A stretch of 64,000 bases of DNA from Bacillota bacterium (GCA_023458035.1 JAEXAX010000034.1:55399-119398); one strand, 5' to 3'; shown: positions 10,386 through 20,770, counted from the first letter of the stretch. A program made the numbers and translations. Notes: generated from the sequence alone by a model not told the origin.

Positions 10386-11648
10386 ATGAAGCAGGTAACA
10401 GCGATATTGATCGGCGCGGGACTGCGCGGCGGTTATGTATATGGGCAATATGCCCTTGAGCACCCGGATGAGTTTCGGGTGGTGGCGGTGGCAGAGCCGG
10501 ATCGGCAGCGCAGAGAACTGTTTGCCGGCAAGCACGGTATTCCGGAAGAACTGTGCTTTGAGAGTTATGGGGAATTGCTGGCAAAGGACAAGCTGGCTGA
10601 TTGTGCCATGGTTTGTACCCAGGATCGGATGCACCTGGAACCGGTCAGACTGGCTATGGAGCAGGGGTATCATGTGCTCTGTGAGAAGCCGATGTCGCCG
10701 GATAAGCAGGAGATTCTGGAAATGGGTCGTCTGGCGGAGCGTCACGGACGAATCCTGTCGATCTGCCATGTGCTGCGCTATTCACCGTTTTTCAGTAAAA
10801 TAAAGGAGCTATTGGAAGACGGACGGATCGGACAGCTGATGAGCGTTCAGCATATCGAAGAAGTAGGTTACTGGCATCAGGCACACAGCTTTGTGCGCGG
10901 TAACTGGCGAAATGCCGAAAAGTCCAGTCCGATGATCTTGCAGAAATGCTGTCATGATATGGACATCCTGTTATGGCTGGTCGGCGGCCATTGCCGGCGG
11001 ATCAGTTCCTTTGGCAGTCGCAGCTTTTTTAAGTTGGAGCAGGCGCCGACCGATGCGCCGGCCTATTGTCTGGACGGCTGCCCGCAGCGGGACACCTGTG
11101 CCTATTATGCGCCGCGTTTTTATCTGGAACATCCGAAAGCGGTGGCGGACGGTCTGATTTATGCCGTGACTGACAGTACAGAGCCGCAGTCAGTGCTGGA
11201 GGCTTTGAAAACCGGACCCTACGGCCGCTGTGTTTTTCGCTGCGACAATACGGTGGTTGATCATCAGAGTGTCGATCTGGAATTTGATAATCAGGTGACG
11301 GCCTCCTTTTTGATGACAGCCTTTACAGATCAGTGTGCCAGACGGATTCGCCTGATGGGTGCGAACGGCGAAATCAAGGGAGATATGGAAGCCGGTGTGA
11401 TCGAGTTGATCGACTTTGTCAGCAAGAACAGCGAGATCATCCGCCTGCACACACCGGCCACCGGCCATAACGGCAGTGATACCAGTATGATGCGGGACTT
11501 CGTCCGCATGGTGGCGACCGGGAGCGGCGGCAGGACGGCAGCGTCGGTATCGGTGGAAAGCCACCTGATGGCTCTGGCGGCTGAAGAGGCCAGGCTATCC
11601 GGCCGGGTGATCAGCATGAAGGAGTTTTGCCATGATGACGGTGCATGA
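10386..11648 (+). CDS. Gfo/Idh/MocA family NAD(P)-dependent oxidoreductase
   Basis: N-terminal Rossmann motif ILIGAGLRGG, then EKP motif (LCEKPM). RBS GAGGAG lies before the ATG at 10386. Confidence 0.85.
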   Translation: MKQVTAILIGAGLRGGYVYGQYALEHPDEFRVVAVAEPDRQRRELFAGKHGIPEELCFESYGELLAKDKLADCAMVCTQDRMHLEPVRLAMEQGYHVLCEKPMSPDKQEILEMGRLAERHGRILSICHVLRYSPFFSKIKELLEDGRIGQLMSVQHIEEVGYWHQAHSFVRGNWRNAEKSSPMILQKCCHDMDILLWLVGGHCRRISSFGSRSFFKLEQAPTDAPAYCLDGCPQRDTCAYYAPRFYLEHPKAVADGLIYAVTDSTEPQSVLEALKTGPYGRCVFRCDNTVVDHQSVDLEFDNQVTASFLMTAFTDQCARRIRLMGANGEIKGDMEAGVIELIDFVSKNSEIIRLHTPATGHNGSDTSMMRDFVRMVATGSGGRTAASVSVESHLMALAAEEARLSGRVISMKEFCHDDGA

Positions 11649-12495
11649 ATTTTGGAAGGGGATCGGCCTGATGCCGGAGGCCGTAGCGGAACAAGAGCGG
11701 CAGATTCTGGCAGATGCCGGTCGCTGTGAGCGCATTTACAGCCGATCTCGCATTTTGTTTAAGGCAGAGCCGGAGATGTTTTACCGCCTGGTGCTGGAGC
11801 TTGAACAGCCGCAGCTGTGGTTTTTATATCTGTACAGCCGGATGGCCTGTGAACGCTTTGGGCAATACCAGGCTGTGGGTTTGCCGGAGAATGTCTTCTG
11901 GGATACATTTTTGGATATTCGGCTATGGTGCGAAAACTGTTATCGACGAACCGGCATCTGGGGGATATCGGAGTACGGCTGGTTTACCCGTCATTTTGAC
12001 GGCAGTCTGTACCGTTTCGGCCGGTTGGAATTTGAATACATCTCCTCGCCATGGCAGTTTTGCCGCCGGGGAGCGGACGGTCGGACAGAGGTTCTGGTTC
12101 GAGCGGGCGATCCGGTCTTGAACATTCACATTCCGGATGGAGACCGGCTGAGCATAGAGGCGGTGGAGAACTCGCTGAGACAGGCAGAGGCATTCTGGGG
12201 AGGCGGCCTGCCGTTTGTGGCTCATTCCTGGCTGCTCTATCCGGGTTTGCGCGAGCTGTTGCCGCCGGACAGTAATATTCTGCAGTTTCAGGAGCTGTTT
12301 CTGGTAACGGAAACAGAGATCGGTCCACGGGAGCCGGTCGAGCGGATCTTTGATTTTCCGTCAGAGGAGATGGACATTCGTGACTACCCGGAACAAACGG
12401 GGTTGCAGCGGCGGGCTAAGACATATCTGTTGTCCGGCGGGAAACTGGGCTGCGGACTGGGCGTACTGCTGAGGGGCGGCAGCCACAGAAATTAA
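11632..12495 (+). CDS. Conserved hypothetical protein, possibly an acyltransferase-like two-domain protein
   Basis: 287-aa ORF overlapping the upstream stop. My resemblance to N-acyltransferase N-domain/GNAT-like C-domain proteins is only a weak recollection. Confidence 0.35.
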   Translation: MMTVHEFWKGIGLMPEAVAEQERQILADAGRCERIYSRSRILFKAEPEMFYRLVLELEQPQLWFLYLYSRMACERFGQYQAVGLPENVFWDTFLDIRLWCENCYRRTGIWGISEYGWFTRHFDGSLYRFGRLEFEYISSPWQFCRRGADGRTEVLVRAGDPVLNIHIPDGDRLSIEAVENSLRQAEAFWGGGLPFVAHSWLLYPGLRELLPPDSNILQFQELFLVTETEIGPREPVERIFDFPSEEMDIRDYPEQTGLQRRAKTYLLSGGKLGCGLGVLLRGGSHRN

Positions 12496-12556
12496 GCAGA
12501 CTACGGAGTTGCTTGGCAGTCGAAAATGAAGGCGAAGAAAAGGGGGGAAGGAAGCT

Positions 12557-15500
12557 GTGAAACAGGTCGGGAATTTACGAAAATTAAGCTGCTTAGGCAT
12601 ATTGATGCTGATCATGCTGTTGTCATGGAAGCTGACAGCAAAAGCCGAAGAGCAGTGGAAGGATGTGTCGTTTTCACATGAGGCACTGTGTTTTTCGGGG
12701 GAATGGACACAGGATGGAGAATTTGCAAAATTCAGTACCGGTGCCGGCCATCAGGCAGAACTGAGCTTTTTCGGTACGGCCGTGAGGTGGTGGGGTCAAA
12801 AGGACATAAACTTCGGCAAGGCCAAAGTAGAGATCGACGGTCAGGAAGCGGCAGTGATTGATACGTATGGGGCAGCAGCCAGAGGCCAGTTGTTATTTGA
12901 AAAGACCGGCTTGCCGGAAGAAACCCACAGTATTCGAATCACTAATCTGGGTGAGCATCGGGACGGCGCAGCTGCCGACGCTTCCGCTGTCATCGATATC
13001 GAGAAGCTGCAGGTGCGGTATGATCCGGCTCATGCCAAGGTTTCTTCCGTGATGTTAAGCGGAGTGCCGGAGCGTATGCTGGTGGGAGATCGGGCGAAGG
13101 CGATCGCCGTACCGATACCCTTTAACGGAAGTGAGCAGCCCTTGTCTGTACAGTGGCAGAGCAGTCAGGCTGAGATCGTGACGGTGGACCGGCAGGGGCA
13201 TCTGGAAGCCAAGGCTCCGGGCAGTGCGGTGATCACCGTCGAAGCGGCCGGGCAGAAGCGTGAGGCGACCATTCAGGTGGCGGCTGTCGGTGAACTGCGT
13301 AAAGTCGTTGACAATGCGCATCCGCTGCTGATGCTGCCGGTTTACGGCAAAGAATACTCACCCTCCGGTTCCGAATTAGACTGGGGAGATACGCTGGTCG
13401 GCCGTTGGCGGCAGGTGCCGGATGATCTGAAACCGTTTGCTGCCATCGAGCTGCACGCCGGCGGAAGGATCGGTGTCGGCGAGTATGACAGCCGGACTGT
13501 AAAGCTGTTTTATCAACAGCAGCTGGAAATCGCCAAGGCTAATCAGATCCCGATCATCCTGGTGGTTGCGACTGCAGGACAGCAGACGCAGTACACCGGC
13601 GTGGCCGGTTTGGATCGGGATTGGCTGGAAGAGATGTATAGCACTTATCCGAATATGATCGGTATCATGTCAACCGAGAATTACTGGACTTCCTGGCAGC
13701 GGGTGGCTGAGCGCGGCTCAGAGTTTCTGGAGATCTCGGCTCGTTACGGCGGTTATTTTATCTGGAGTGAACACCAGGCGCCGGTGATCGAGGGCATCTT
13801 AGAAACAGCGCCCTTGCGTCAGGCCCTGGAACAGCATTCAAAGCACTTTATTTTCACATGGAAAAATACGCCGGCGCAGGCTTATCAGAATGCCAATACC
13901 ACCAGCTACATGCAGGGATTATGGCTGTCTGATATGTGCGCCCAGTGGGGCGGACTGATTGATACATGGAAATGGTTTGAGAAGGACTATTGGAAGTTGT
14001 TTGAACAGACGGACAGAAGACGGCTGTGGGGCGTTGAAGGCGGTGAAGAGGCCCGTAGTGTTGTGACGGAACCGGAAGCCCTGCTTGGTATCGAGATGAT
14101 GAACATCTACCTGGGTGGCGGCTGTGTCTATAATTTCGAGCATCCGGCCTATGTTTATGGCGCTTATGATCTAAGATCACCGGCCTTTGACCATGTGGTT
14201 GCGCAGTTTTTGCGGTATGCCATTGCCAATCCGGCTCCAAGCAAAGAAGATGTCGGAGCCGGTACCAAGACTATGCTGCGCGGTAATCTCAGCCGATTCG
14301 GTACCGGCTTCCATAGCTTTATGATGGCAGATCCGTCGAATCCGACCTATCTGACCGGGCGCTATGGCTGGCTGCCGGCAGTACCGGAAACGATTTCGGC
14401 CGAGCGTGCCGGCCGCTATCTGACCGAGGGCACCATCACCCCGATGTCCGAACAGGATTTACGGAATCCGGAAAGCAGAAAGACCTTTTTTGACAAACTG
14501 TATCCAGAACTATATCAGGGAGATGCTTTTGGGGCTTTCTTAAACGGCCGCTGGTATTTGTATAACAGTATGGTGAATCAAAATGTAAAGCAGCAGGCCG
14601 AAATTAGTCTTGCGGCCGGCAGAGCATTAAATGTTGTACTGGAGCCGCACACCTACGCCATATTGGAACAGCGATCGGGCAACGAAGTCGATCAGTCGGG
14701 CGCTATCCGTATCGAGCTGAACAACTACAGAACAAACAAGGACGGAGTATGGGATGGCTATCCGAATCGGAGCCCGAATGACAAACGCTGGGATACCGAT
14801 CATAATACCCTGATGCAGGATTGGATTCGGGATCACTACATTCCGTCCCCGCAGCATCAGGAGCGTCGCGAAACTGTCCTGACCATGACCGGCCTTTCGG
14901 ATAAGCCGCAGGTATCGGTACTGGAGGGGATGGCCGGTCAATACGAGCCGCCGGTTGTGACCTTCCAAAAGGAGAGCGGTACAGCCGAGATCAAGGTGAA
15001 ATCAAACGGTTGGGTAAAGCTGGAAATCCGGGAAGCCGGAAATGAAGAACCGCAGCCTCGGCCGGAACCGGAAAAGCCGATCAGACAGCTGACCTTTGAT
15101 TTGAACGGAGGCAGCTTGAACGGGGAAACAGGTATAGTGGTGATCAATGCCAAAGAGGGGGAAAGTATCACCCTGCCGCAGGCACCGACCAGAGAGGGTT
15201 ATCGGTTCACTTATTGGAAAGGCTCGAAATATATGGCGGGCGACAGCTACCTGGTTCAAGGTGATCATGGCTTTACCGCCCAGTGGGAACAGACCGAAAG
15301 CAACGAGAAACCAAGACCCGATCAGCAGCAAAATGAACAGCCAAGATCGGATCAGCAGGGCAATGAGCAGACGCAGTTGATCCGGCAGTCGGATCGTAAG
15401 AAGGAGCAGAAAAAACAGCCGATCCGGCAGCCGGCAGGCCGATCCGGCCAGATGAAGAAGCCGCCGAAGACCGGAGAACAGCCGGCAGCAGGGGTGTTGC

Positions 15501-15559
15501 TGCTGTTTGGCGGAGTGGTTGTTATCACACTGGGTCTGCGCAGAAAAATAAGGAGGTAG
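12557..15559 (+). CDS. Secreted, sortase-anchored glycoside hydrolase (signal peptide, N-terminal CBM-like domain, Big_2, TIM-barrel-like catalytic module possibly GH98-like, Listeria-Bacteroides repeat, PPKTG anchor)
   Basis: Signal peptide. Big_2-like segment (VSSVMLSG...ITVEAAG). C-terminal LTFDLNGGSLNGETG...GYRFTYWKG repeat. Pro/Gln-rich stalk. PPKTGE followed by a TM and RRKIRR. The catalytic module is paralogous to the next gene. Confidence 0.6.
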   Translation: MKQVGNLRKLSCLGILMLIMLLSWKLTAKAEEQWKDVSFSHEALCFSGEWTQDGEFAKFSTGAGHQAELSFFGTAVRWWGQKDINFGKAKVEIDGQEAAVIDTYGAAARGQLLFEKTGLPEETHSIRITNLGEHRDGAAADASAVIDIEKLQVRYDPAHAKVSSVMLSGVPERMLVGDRAKAIAVPIPFNGSEQPLSVQWQSSQAEIVTVDRQGHLEAKAPGSAVITVEAAGQKREATIQVAAVGELRKVVDNAHPLLMLPVYGKEYSPSGSELDWGDTLVGRWRQVPDDLKPFAAIELHAGGRIGVGEYDSRTVKLFYQQQLEIAKANQIPIILVVATAGQQTQYTGVAGLDRDWLEEMYSTYPNMIGIMSTENYWTSWQRVAERGSEFLEISARYGGYFIWSEHQAPVIEGILETAPLRQALEQHSKHFIFTWKNTPAQAYQNANTTSYMQGLWLSDMCAQWGGLIDTWKWFEKDYWKLFEQTDRRRLWGVEGGEEARSVVTEPEALLGIEMMNIYLGGGCVYNFEHPAYVYGAYDLRSPAFDHVVAQFLRYAIANPAPSKEDVGAGTKTMLRGNLSRFGTGFHSFMMADPSNPTYLTGRYGWLPAVPETISAERAGRYLTEGTITPMSEQDLRNPESRKTFFDKLYPELYQGDAFGAFLNGRWYLYNSMVNQNVKQQAEISLAAGRALNVVLEPHTYAILEQRSGNEVDQSGAIRIELNNYRTNKDGVWDGYPNRSPNDKRWDTDHNTLMQDWIRDHYIPSPQHQERRETVLTMTGLSDKPQVSVLEGMAGQYEPPVVTFQKESGTAEIKVKSNGWVKLEIREAGNEEPQPRPEPEKPIRQLTFDLNGGSLNGETGIVVINAKEGESITLPQAPTREGYRFTYWKGSKYMAGDSYLVQGDHGFTAQWEQTESNEKPRPDQQQNEQPRSDQQGNEQTQLIRQSDRKKEQKKQPIRQPAGRSGQMKKPPKTGEQPAAGVLLLFGGVVVITLGLRRKIRR

Positions 15560-15562
15560 GAT

Positions 15563-18500
15563 ATGCGACAGCACAAGAGTATCAGAAAAATCTTCTCCGG
15601 CCTGGTCGGTATATTGATACTGACACTGGTCATGACACAGGCGGCAGTTCTGCCGGCTGTACCGTTTGCCGGTCTGCGGGCCGCCGCCAGGGAACGGACT
15701 GTACAAAATCTGGCTAAGAATAAGCCGGTTACCGCCGCGATCACAAAAAGCGGAAATGAAGCCGTAGTCAGTCAGGACAAGCCGTTGACCAATATTGTCA
15801 ATGGTGTATGCACCACAAATGACTATGGTGAATTCGGTCAGGACAGCATTGCCGATGAAAATCTGCGTTCTATGTATGTGCAGGTGGACCTTGAAAAGAC
15901 CGCCGATATTCAAAGCGTCAAGCTGTGGCGTTATTTTGAGGATCAACGCACCTATGAGGCAACCGTCGTGGCGGTATCGAATAACGAAAGCTTTTCCGAG
16001 CCGACCATCCTGTACAATTCGGATCAGGCAAATGTTCACGGTTTCGGGGCAGGACAGGATCAGACTTATCAGGAAACTGCGGCCGGCAAGACGCTGACTT
16101 TGCAGACCGCTGTTACCGGTCGTTATGTTCGTGTGTACGGCTATGGTCTGACCAGTCAGGAACATCGGAAGTTTACCAACCACATCGTGGAACTGGAGGT
16201 TAACGGAACCGAAATCACACAGCCGTCTGAAGCGGAAACGGCTGATGACGAGGCTGAGGCGAATGACGGCGGAAACCCGCAAAGTCCGGGATCGGACAAA
16301 AAGGAATTGTATCTGTCCGATCTGAGATGGAAGTCTGCTGTGGCCGGTGATCAGAATATTATCAGATTAAATCGTTCCTATGATCAGGCTGAGCTGAAGC
16401 TGAAGGTCGCCGGTCAGATCCGAACCTTTGCCAAAGGCATCGGTACGCACGCCGGCTCTCAGATCGTCTATAATGTGGAGGGAAAAGGCTATGAGAGATT
16501 TCAGGCTTATGTCGGACTGGATCAGGAAACACTGGCTTCTTATCAGCAGAATAATCAGGAAGGTATCGTTCGGAACATCCGCGTCAGCTTTGACCGGGGT
16601 GAGGGCTACACGCATGAAGCTGAAATCAACCCGACCATGGATGCCCTGCGCATCGATATTGCGGTGCCGGCCGATGCCAAGCTGATGACCCTGTCAGTGG
16701 ATGCCGGAGAGGTGGAATGGTCCGATCATGTGGACTGGGCAGACGCGAAATTTGTCCTGTCCTATCCGCAGGCTGTCAACCAGGCTCTGGAAAAACCGGT
16801 CAGCTTAAAGAAAAAAGACGGCAGCGCCGCTCCGGGGAATCCTGACCGTCCGGCTGTGATGGCCACCGACGGCAATAAAGATACTTTAAATTATGCAGAG
16901 CTGGGAGCTGACGGCAGCAGAGAATCCTTATACGCTGAGGTGGATTTGAAGGCTACGGCAGAGATCGAATCCGTTGCGCTGTTTCGCTATTTTGCAGATA
17001 AGCGAACCTATGCGGCTACAGTGGTGGCTGTATCCGAGAATGCGGACTTCTCCAATCCGACCATTTTGTATAATTCGGATACCAATGATGTCCATGGCTT
17101 GGGTAAGGGGACGGAAGAAGTGTATCAGGAAACCGCGGAAGGTCGTACCTTTACACCGAAGAATCACGTTTACGGCCGTTATATCAGGGTATATGTATAC
17201 GGAAACTCAAATGCTTCGACGACTAACCACATTGTAGAAATCGAGGTCAATGGCTGGCAGTGGCAGGAGGAGGAGCCGGATGAAGCCGCCGCTTCACCGT
17301 TTAAAAATGCTAAAAGTCATATTGATGTACCGGTGGTTTATCCAAATCCGAAAAATCCGGGCATGAAGAATTATGCTACACATCCGGACGTGGTGGATAT
17401 GGGACAGGACTGGAACGGTTATCGCTACTGGATGGGGTATACCCCGAATATGCATGGTACCAGCTGGTATGAGAATCCATGTATTCTGGCTTCCCATGAC
17501 GGCGAAAGCTGGGAAACTCCGCAAGGACTGACAAATCCCGTTCAGCCGCGTTTTGATCCGGCCGGCGAGACCAATGAGAGCGAACATAACTGTGATACCG
17601 ATTTATTATATGACGCAAAGAACGATCGTTTCATCCTGTACTGGCAGTGGGCCAAGGATACACCGGATTCAAACGGCAAGGTGTTTGCCGAGATCAGAGC
17701 CCGTGTATCCTACGATGGTATTCATTGGGGCACCCAGATCGAAGGCCGCCGCGAGGTTCAGTACGGAGAGCGCGACTATTATGTAACCCTGAGAACCGAT
17801 GACGAGCGGTATTCCGACCTGTCGCCGACCTATGTCTATGATGCGGCCAGCGAAAGCTATCTGATGTGGGCCAATGATACCGGTGACACCGGATACCCGA
17901 ATAAGACCAACCGTGTCTGGATGATGAGCTCGAAAGACCCATTGTCGTTTTCCAAAGAAACAGTCAAGGCAAACCAGCCGAGAGTCTATACCGAAAACTT
18001 CCTCGGGGCGGATGAAAACGGCACTCAGCTACTGCCGTGGCACCAGGATATTCAGTGGATCAAGGAACTGCATTGCTACCTGGCTTTATCACAGGCCTTC
18101 CCGAATGATCAATCTCCGGACGCCACCAGCCTGCGCTTTACCAAGTCGATCGACGGTGTGCACTGGACCCCGATGACTGAAAAACCGATCGTATCCGTGA
18201 CCAAGAATAAGCCGGGTGAAAACAAATGGGATTCCGGACAGATCTATCGCTCTACCTATTGGTTTGAGCGGGCAACTGCCGAGAACGGGTATCAGGCCAA
18301 GCTTCATATCATTTACGCGGGGTTGAATAAAGGTCAGATCGACTGGTATATCGGTAAGACAGAGGCTGCTGTGGCAGATACAGAAGCTTACCTCGGTCAG
18401 CCGCTTGGCATGACCGCGGCCAGGAAGGCTCTGCGTCGGGTGATCGACCGCGACCATCCGCTGTATCTGGAAAATTATTATTGGTCGGATGACCTGCGAG

Positions 18501-20638
18501 ACAAACATAACCAAGGGGGAAGCTTTCAGTCTTTAAATGAGACCGATGAAGACCGGGTTGACTCTCCGCTGAAGCTGTGGGAGACCGTGCCGGAGTCACT
18601 GAAGGAGAATACCGTGATCCTGCTGATCCCGGAGCGCAGCCTGAATAATACTGTCCAGGGGCAAAATCCGCAGGCTGTCCGCCAATGGGTGAAGCATAAC
18701 GTGGAGCTCTGTAATCAAAATAAGATTCCGGTGGCGGTACAGTGCGTCAACGGTGAGACCAGATCGGACGACACCATTCCATTAGCCTTTTGGGAAGAAC
18801 TGGCCGAGGCCAATCCGTATTTGATCGGCTTCAATGCGGCCGAGATGTATAACCGCTTCAACGGAGATAACAGAGACTATGTGATGCAGCTGATCAGAAG
18901 CTGCGCAGCCAATGGGTTGACCATGTTGTGGACTGATACCAATATCTTTGGCGATGGTGAATTCAAAGATAAGGGAGTGCTGTATGAATGGCTGGAGAAG
19001 GACGACCGGCTGTCCTCTCTGATGCGTGAAAACAAAGAATATATCGCCATGATATATAAGGAATCCTATGGCCGGCCGGATACCGAAGCCCTGTACCTGG
19101 GCATGTGGCTGGCAGGTTATTGTGCCAACTGGGGCATTGCCTCCGACTGGTGGCACTGGCAGCTTGACGGTAACGGCTCCCTGTTCGGACAGCGCACCGC
19201 CGGTGACGCCTGGAAGCAATGCTTTACCTGGCCGGAAAACCTGTACAGTCAGGATATTATCCGATCCGTCAGCATGGGAGCGACCTGCTTTAAATCCGAA
19301 GCCCAGTGGTACTCGAACGGCAGCAAGGGCAAACGTCTGCCGGCGTATCAGTACTCATTGATCCCGACTCTGCAGGGGATCGTGGATGGGTCGATCGCCA
19401 TTCCGAGTATGGATGAGGTCAAGCAGTCCGTGAAGTATGTGGCCATCGGGCGTGATAACTGGAACGATTTTTATTATAACAAAGAGAAATCGCAGCTATA
19501 TCCGGCAACCGGCCGTTATGGCATCATTCCGTATGTACCGGCATTGGCGCCGCAGGAAGCGTTGGCCGACCTGCCGACCGGTTCTGCACCGATCAGCAAG
19601 GAAGCGATGGATGCTCTGTATTCGCAGCAGTACGACGGAAACGGCTGGCTTGTCAGACAGGGAAAAACCAGTTACTTTATGAATTCCAGTGAAGATGTAG
19701 ATGAGGAGCAGACAGCATCCTTTGCAGTCGAAAGCTTTGGCGGCAGTCAGCTGACCATTAAAGCTGCACCGCATGCTTATGCCGTATTGACCGAAAAAAC
19801 AGATCGCCTGAATGTGAAACTGAGCAACTACCGCATCGACAAGAGCGAGCTGTGGGATGGCACGATTGCGAACGGATTCAATGACAGCCAGGCCTATGAG
19901 TACACCTGGCAGCTGATTGATCGGATGGAAAAGGGAACTCAGAAGGATACCGAAAAACGTGAAACTGTGCTGACGCTGTGGTCAGAAACAAAACCGGAGC
20001 TGACCGAACGGACAGAAGGTACACCGGTCGAATTTCGGGCCGATCACTACAGTCGTCCGTACAGCATCAATATCGCTGAAACCGGCGAGGTGCAGACGGA
20101 CGGCAAAAAGCAGTGGCAGATCATCGTCGCCCATAACGGTTATGTGGAATTTGATCTGCTGACCAAGCAGGAAGAACCGCAGCCGCAGCCAAATCCGGAA
20201 AAGGCAACTTACCATATGTCATACGACCTAAACGGAGGCACTTTAAACGGTCGGACCGGTGTGGTCGTGATCGATGCCAAGGAAGGTGACACTATTATCC
20301 TGCCGGACGCACCGACCAGAGCCGGATATAGATTTACCTACTGGAAGGGCTCCAGATACATGCCGGGTGACAAATATGTTGTCCGCGGCCATCATACCTT
20401 TACAGCACAGTGGGAAAAAAGCGAAGAGAACAAAAAGCCGGATGATTCGGATGCTAATAAGAAACAGGCCGACCATAAAAAGCCGGATGGAAATCAGACC
20501 AAGGCGGATCATAATCGGGGAAAAACAGTTCCGGGCACCGGCGACGGCAACCGATCGTATTTGTGGCTTGGCCTGTCGGGCATTTGTGCGGCAGTTATTT
20601 GTGTACTGCTGTTTATCAGAGTTCGCAAGAAGAAATAG
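15563..20638 (+). CDS. Giant multidomain wall-anchored glycosidase (2x F5/8-type-C/CBM32-like, NPCBM/CBM51-like, beta-propeller-like module with S-x-DG-x-x-W repeats, GH98-like module, Listeria-Bacteroides repeat, VPGTG anchor)
   Basis: Two near-duplicate discoidin-like blocks (...VKLWRYFEDQRTYEATVVAVSNN... and ...VALFRYFADKRTYAATVVAVSEN...). NPCBM-like LYLSDLRWKSA...GIGTHA. Repeats SHDGESW, SYDGIHW and SIDGVHW. C-terminal VPGTGD followed by a TM and RKKK. Confidence 0.65.
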   Translation: MRQHKSIRKIFSGLVGILILTLVMTQAAVLPAVPFAGLRAAARERTVQNLAKNKPVTAAITKSGNEAVVSQDKPLTNIVNGVCTTNDYGEFGQDSIADENLRSMYVQVDLEKTADIQSVKLWRYFEDQRTYEATVVAVSNNESFSEPTILYNSDQANVHGFGAGQDQTYQETAAGKTLTLQTAVTGRYVRVYGYGLTSQEHRKFTNHIVELEVNGTEITQPSEAETADDEAEANDGGNPQSPGSDKKELYLSDLRWKSAVAGDQNIIRLNRSYDQAELKLKVAGQIRTFAKGIGTHAGSQIVYNVEGKGYERFQAYVGLDQETLASYQQNNQEGIVRNIRVSFDRGEGYTHEAEINPTMDALRIDIAVPADAKLMTLSVDAGEVEWSDHVDWADAKFVLSYPQAVNQALEKPVSLKKKDGSAAPGNPDRPAVMATDGNKDTLNYAELGADGSRESLYAEVDLKATAEIESVALFRYFADKRTYAATVVAVSENADFSNPTILYNSDTNDVHGLGKGTEEVYQETAEGRTFTPKNHVYGRYIRVYVYGNSNASTTNHIVEIEVNGWQWQEEEPDEAAASPFKNAKSHIDVPVVYPNPKNPGMKNYATHPDVVDMGQDWNGYRYWMGYTPNMHGTSWYENPCILASHDGESWETPQGLTNPVQPRFDPAGETNESEHNCDTDLLYDAKNDRFILYWQWAKDTPDSNGKVFAEIRARVSYDGIHWGTQIEGRREVQYGERDYYVTLRTDDERYSDLSPTYVYDAASESYLMWANDTGDTGYPNKTNRVWMMSSKDPLSFSKETVKANQPRVYTENFLGADENGTQLLPWHQDIQWIKELHCYLALSQAFPNDQSPDATSLRFTKSIDGVHWTPMTEKPIVSVTKNKPGENKWDSGQIYRSTYWFERATAENGYQAKLHIIYAGLNKGQIDWYIGKTEAAVADTEAYLGQPLGMTAARKALRRVIDRDHPLYLENYYWSDDLRDKHNQGGSFQSLNETDEDRVDSPLKLWETVPESLKENTVILLIPERSLNNTVQGQNPQAVRQWVKHNVELCNQNKIPVAVQCVNGETRSDDTIPLAFWEELAEANPYLIGFNAAEMYNRFNGDNRDYVMQLIRSCAANGLTMLWTDTNIFGDGEFKDKGVLYEWLEKDDRLSSLMRENKEYIAMIYKESYGRPDTEALYLGMWLAGYCANWGIASDWWHWQLDGNGSLFGQRTAGDAWKQCFTWPENLYSQDIIRSVSMGATCFKSEAQWYSNGSKGKRLPAYQYSLIPTLQGIVDGSIAIPSMDEVKQSVKYVAIGRDNWNDFYYNKEKSQLYPATGRYGIIPYVPALAPQEALADLPTGSAPISKEAMDALYSQQYDGNGWLVRQGKTSYFMNSSEDVDEEQTASFAVESFGGSQLTIKAAPHAYAVLTEKTDRLNVKLSNYRIDKSELWDGTIANGFNDSQAYEYTWQLIDRMEKGTQKDTEKRETVLTLWSETKPELTERTEGTPVEFRADHYSRPYSINIAETGEVQTDGKKQWQIIVAHNGYVEFDLLTKQEEPQPQPNPEKATYHMSYDLNGGTLNGRTGVVVIDAKEGDTIILPDAPTRAGYRFTYWKGSRYMPGDKYVVRGHHTFTAQWEKSEENKKPDDSDANKKQADHKKPDGNQTKADHNRGKTVPGTGDGNRSYLWLGLSGICAAVICVLLFIRVRKKK

Positions 20639-20682
20639 GTGAGCCGAAATGGTGGCAGGAAGACAATAAAATAAATAGATAC

Positions 20683-20733
20683 TTGACACATACTCCCCCC
20701 TAGTATATCATTACTGATAGTAGGGGGGAGTAT
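20683..20733 (+). promoter_or_regulatory. csoR-copA promoter with a putative CsoR operator
   Basis: TTGACA at 20683-20688. Inverted repeat ATACTCCCCCCTAGTAT (20690-20706) / ATAGTAGGGGGGAGTAT (20717-20733), a G/C-tract palindrome of the kind bound by CsoR repressors. Confidence 0.55.
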
Positions 20734-20770
20734 TATTATCCCGAAAGGCTTGTATAAAGGAGTGGAGGAT

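Noticed and set aside
15002-16282. 426-aa minus-strand ORF. The same applies to the other long antisense ORFs in the track (9398..10177, 21816..22688, 22151..22813, 35097..35918, 45147..45905, 47831..48484, 61062..61580).
   Set aside because: All lie fully inside well-supported plus-strand genes in GC-rich DNA. They have Arg/Pro/Gly-rich, low-complexity-like translations with no motifs and no RBS. These are typical shadow ORFs.
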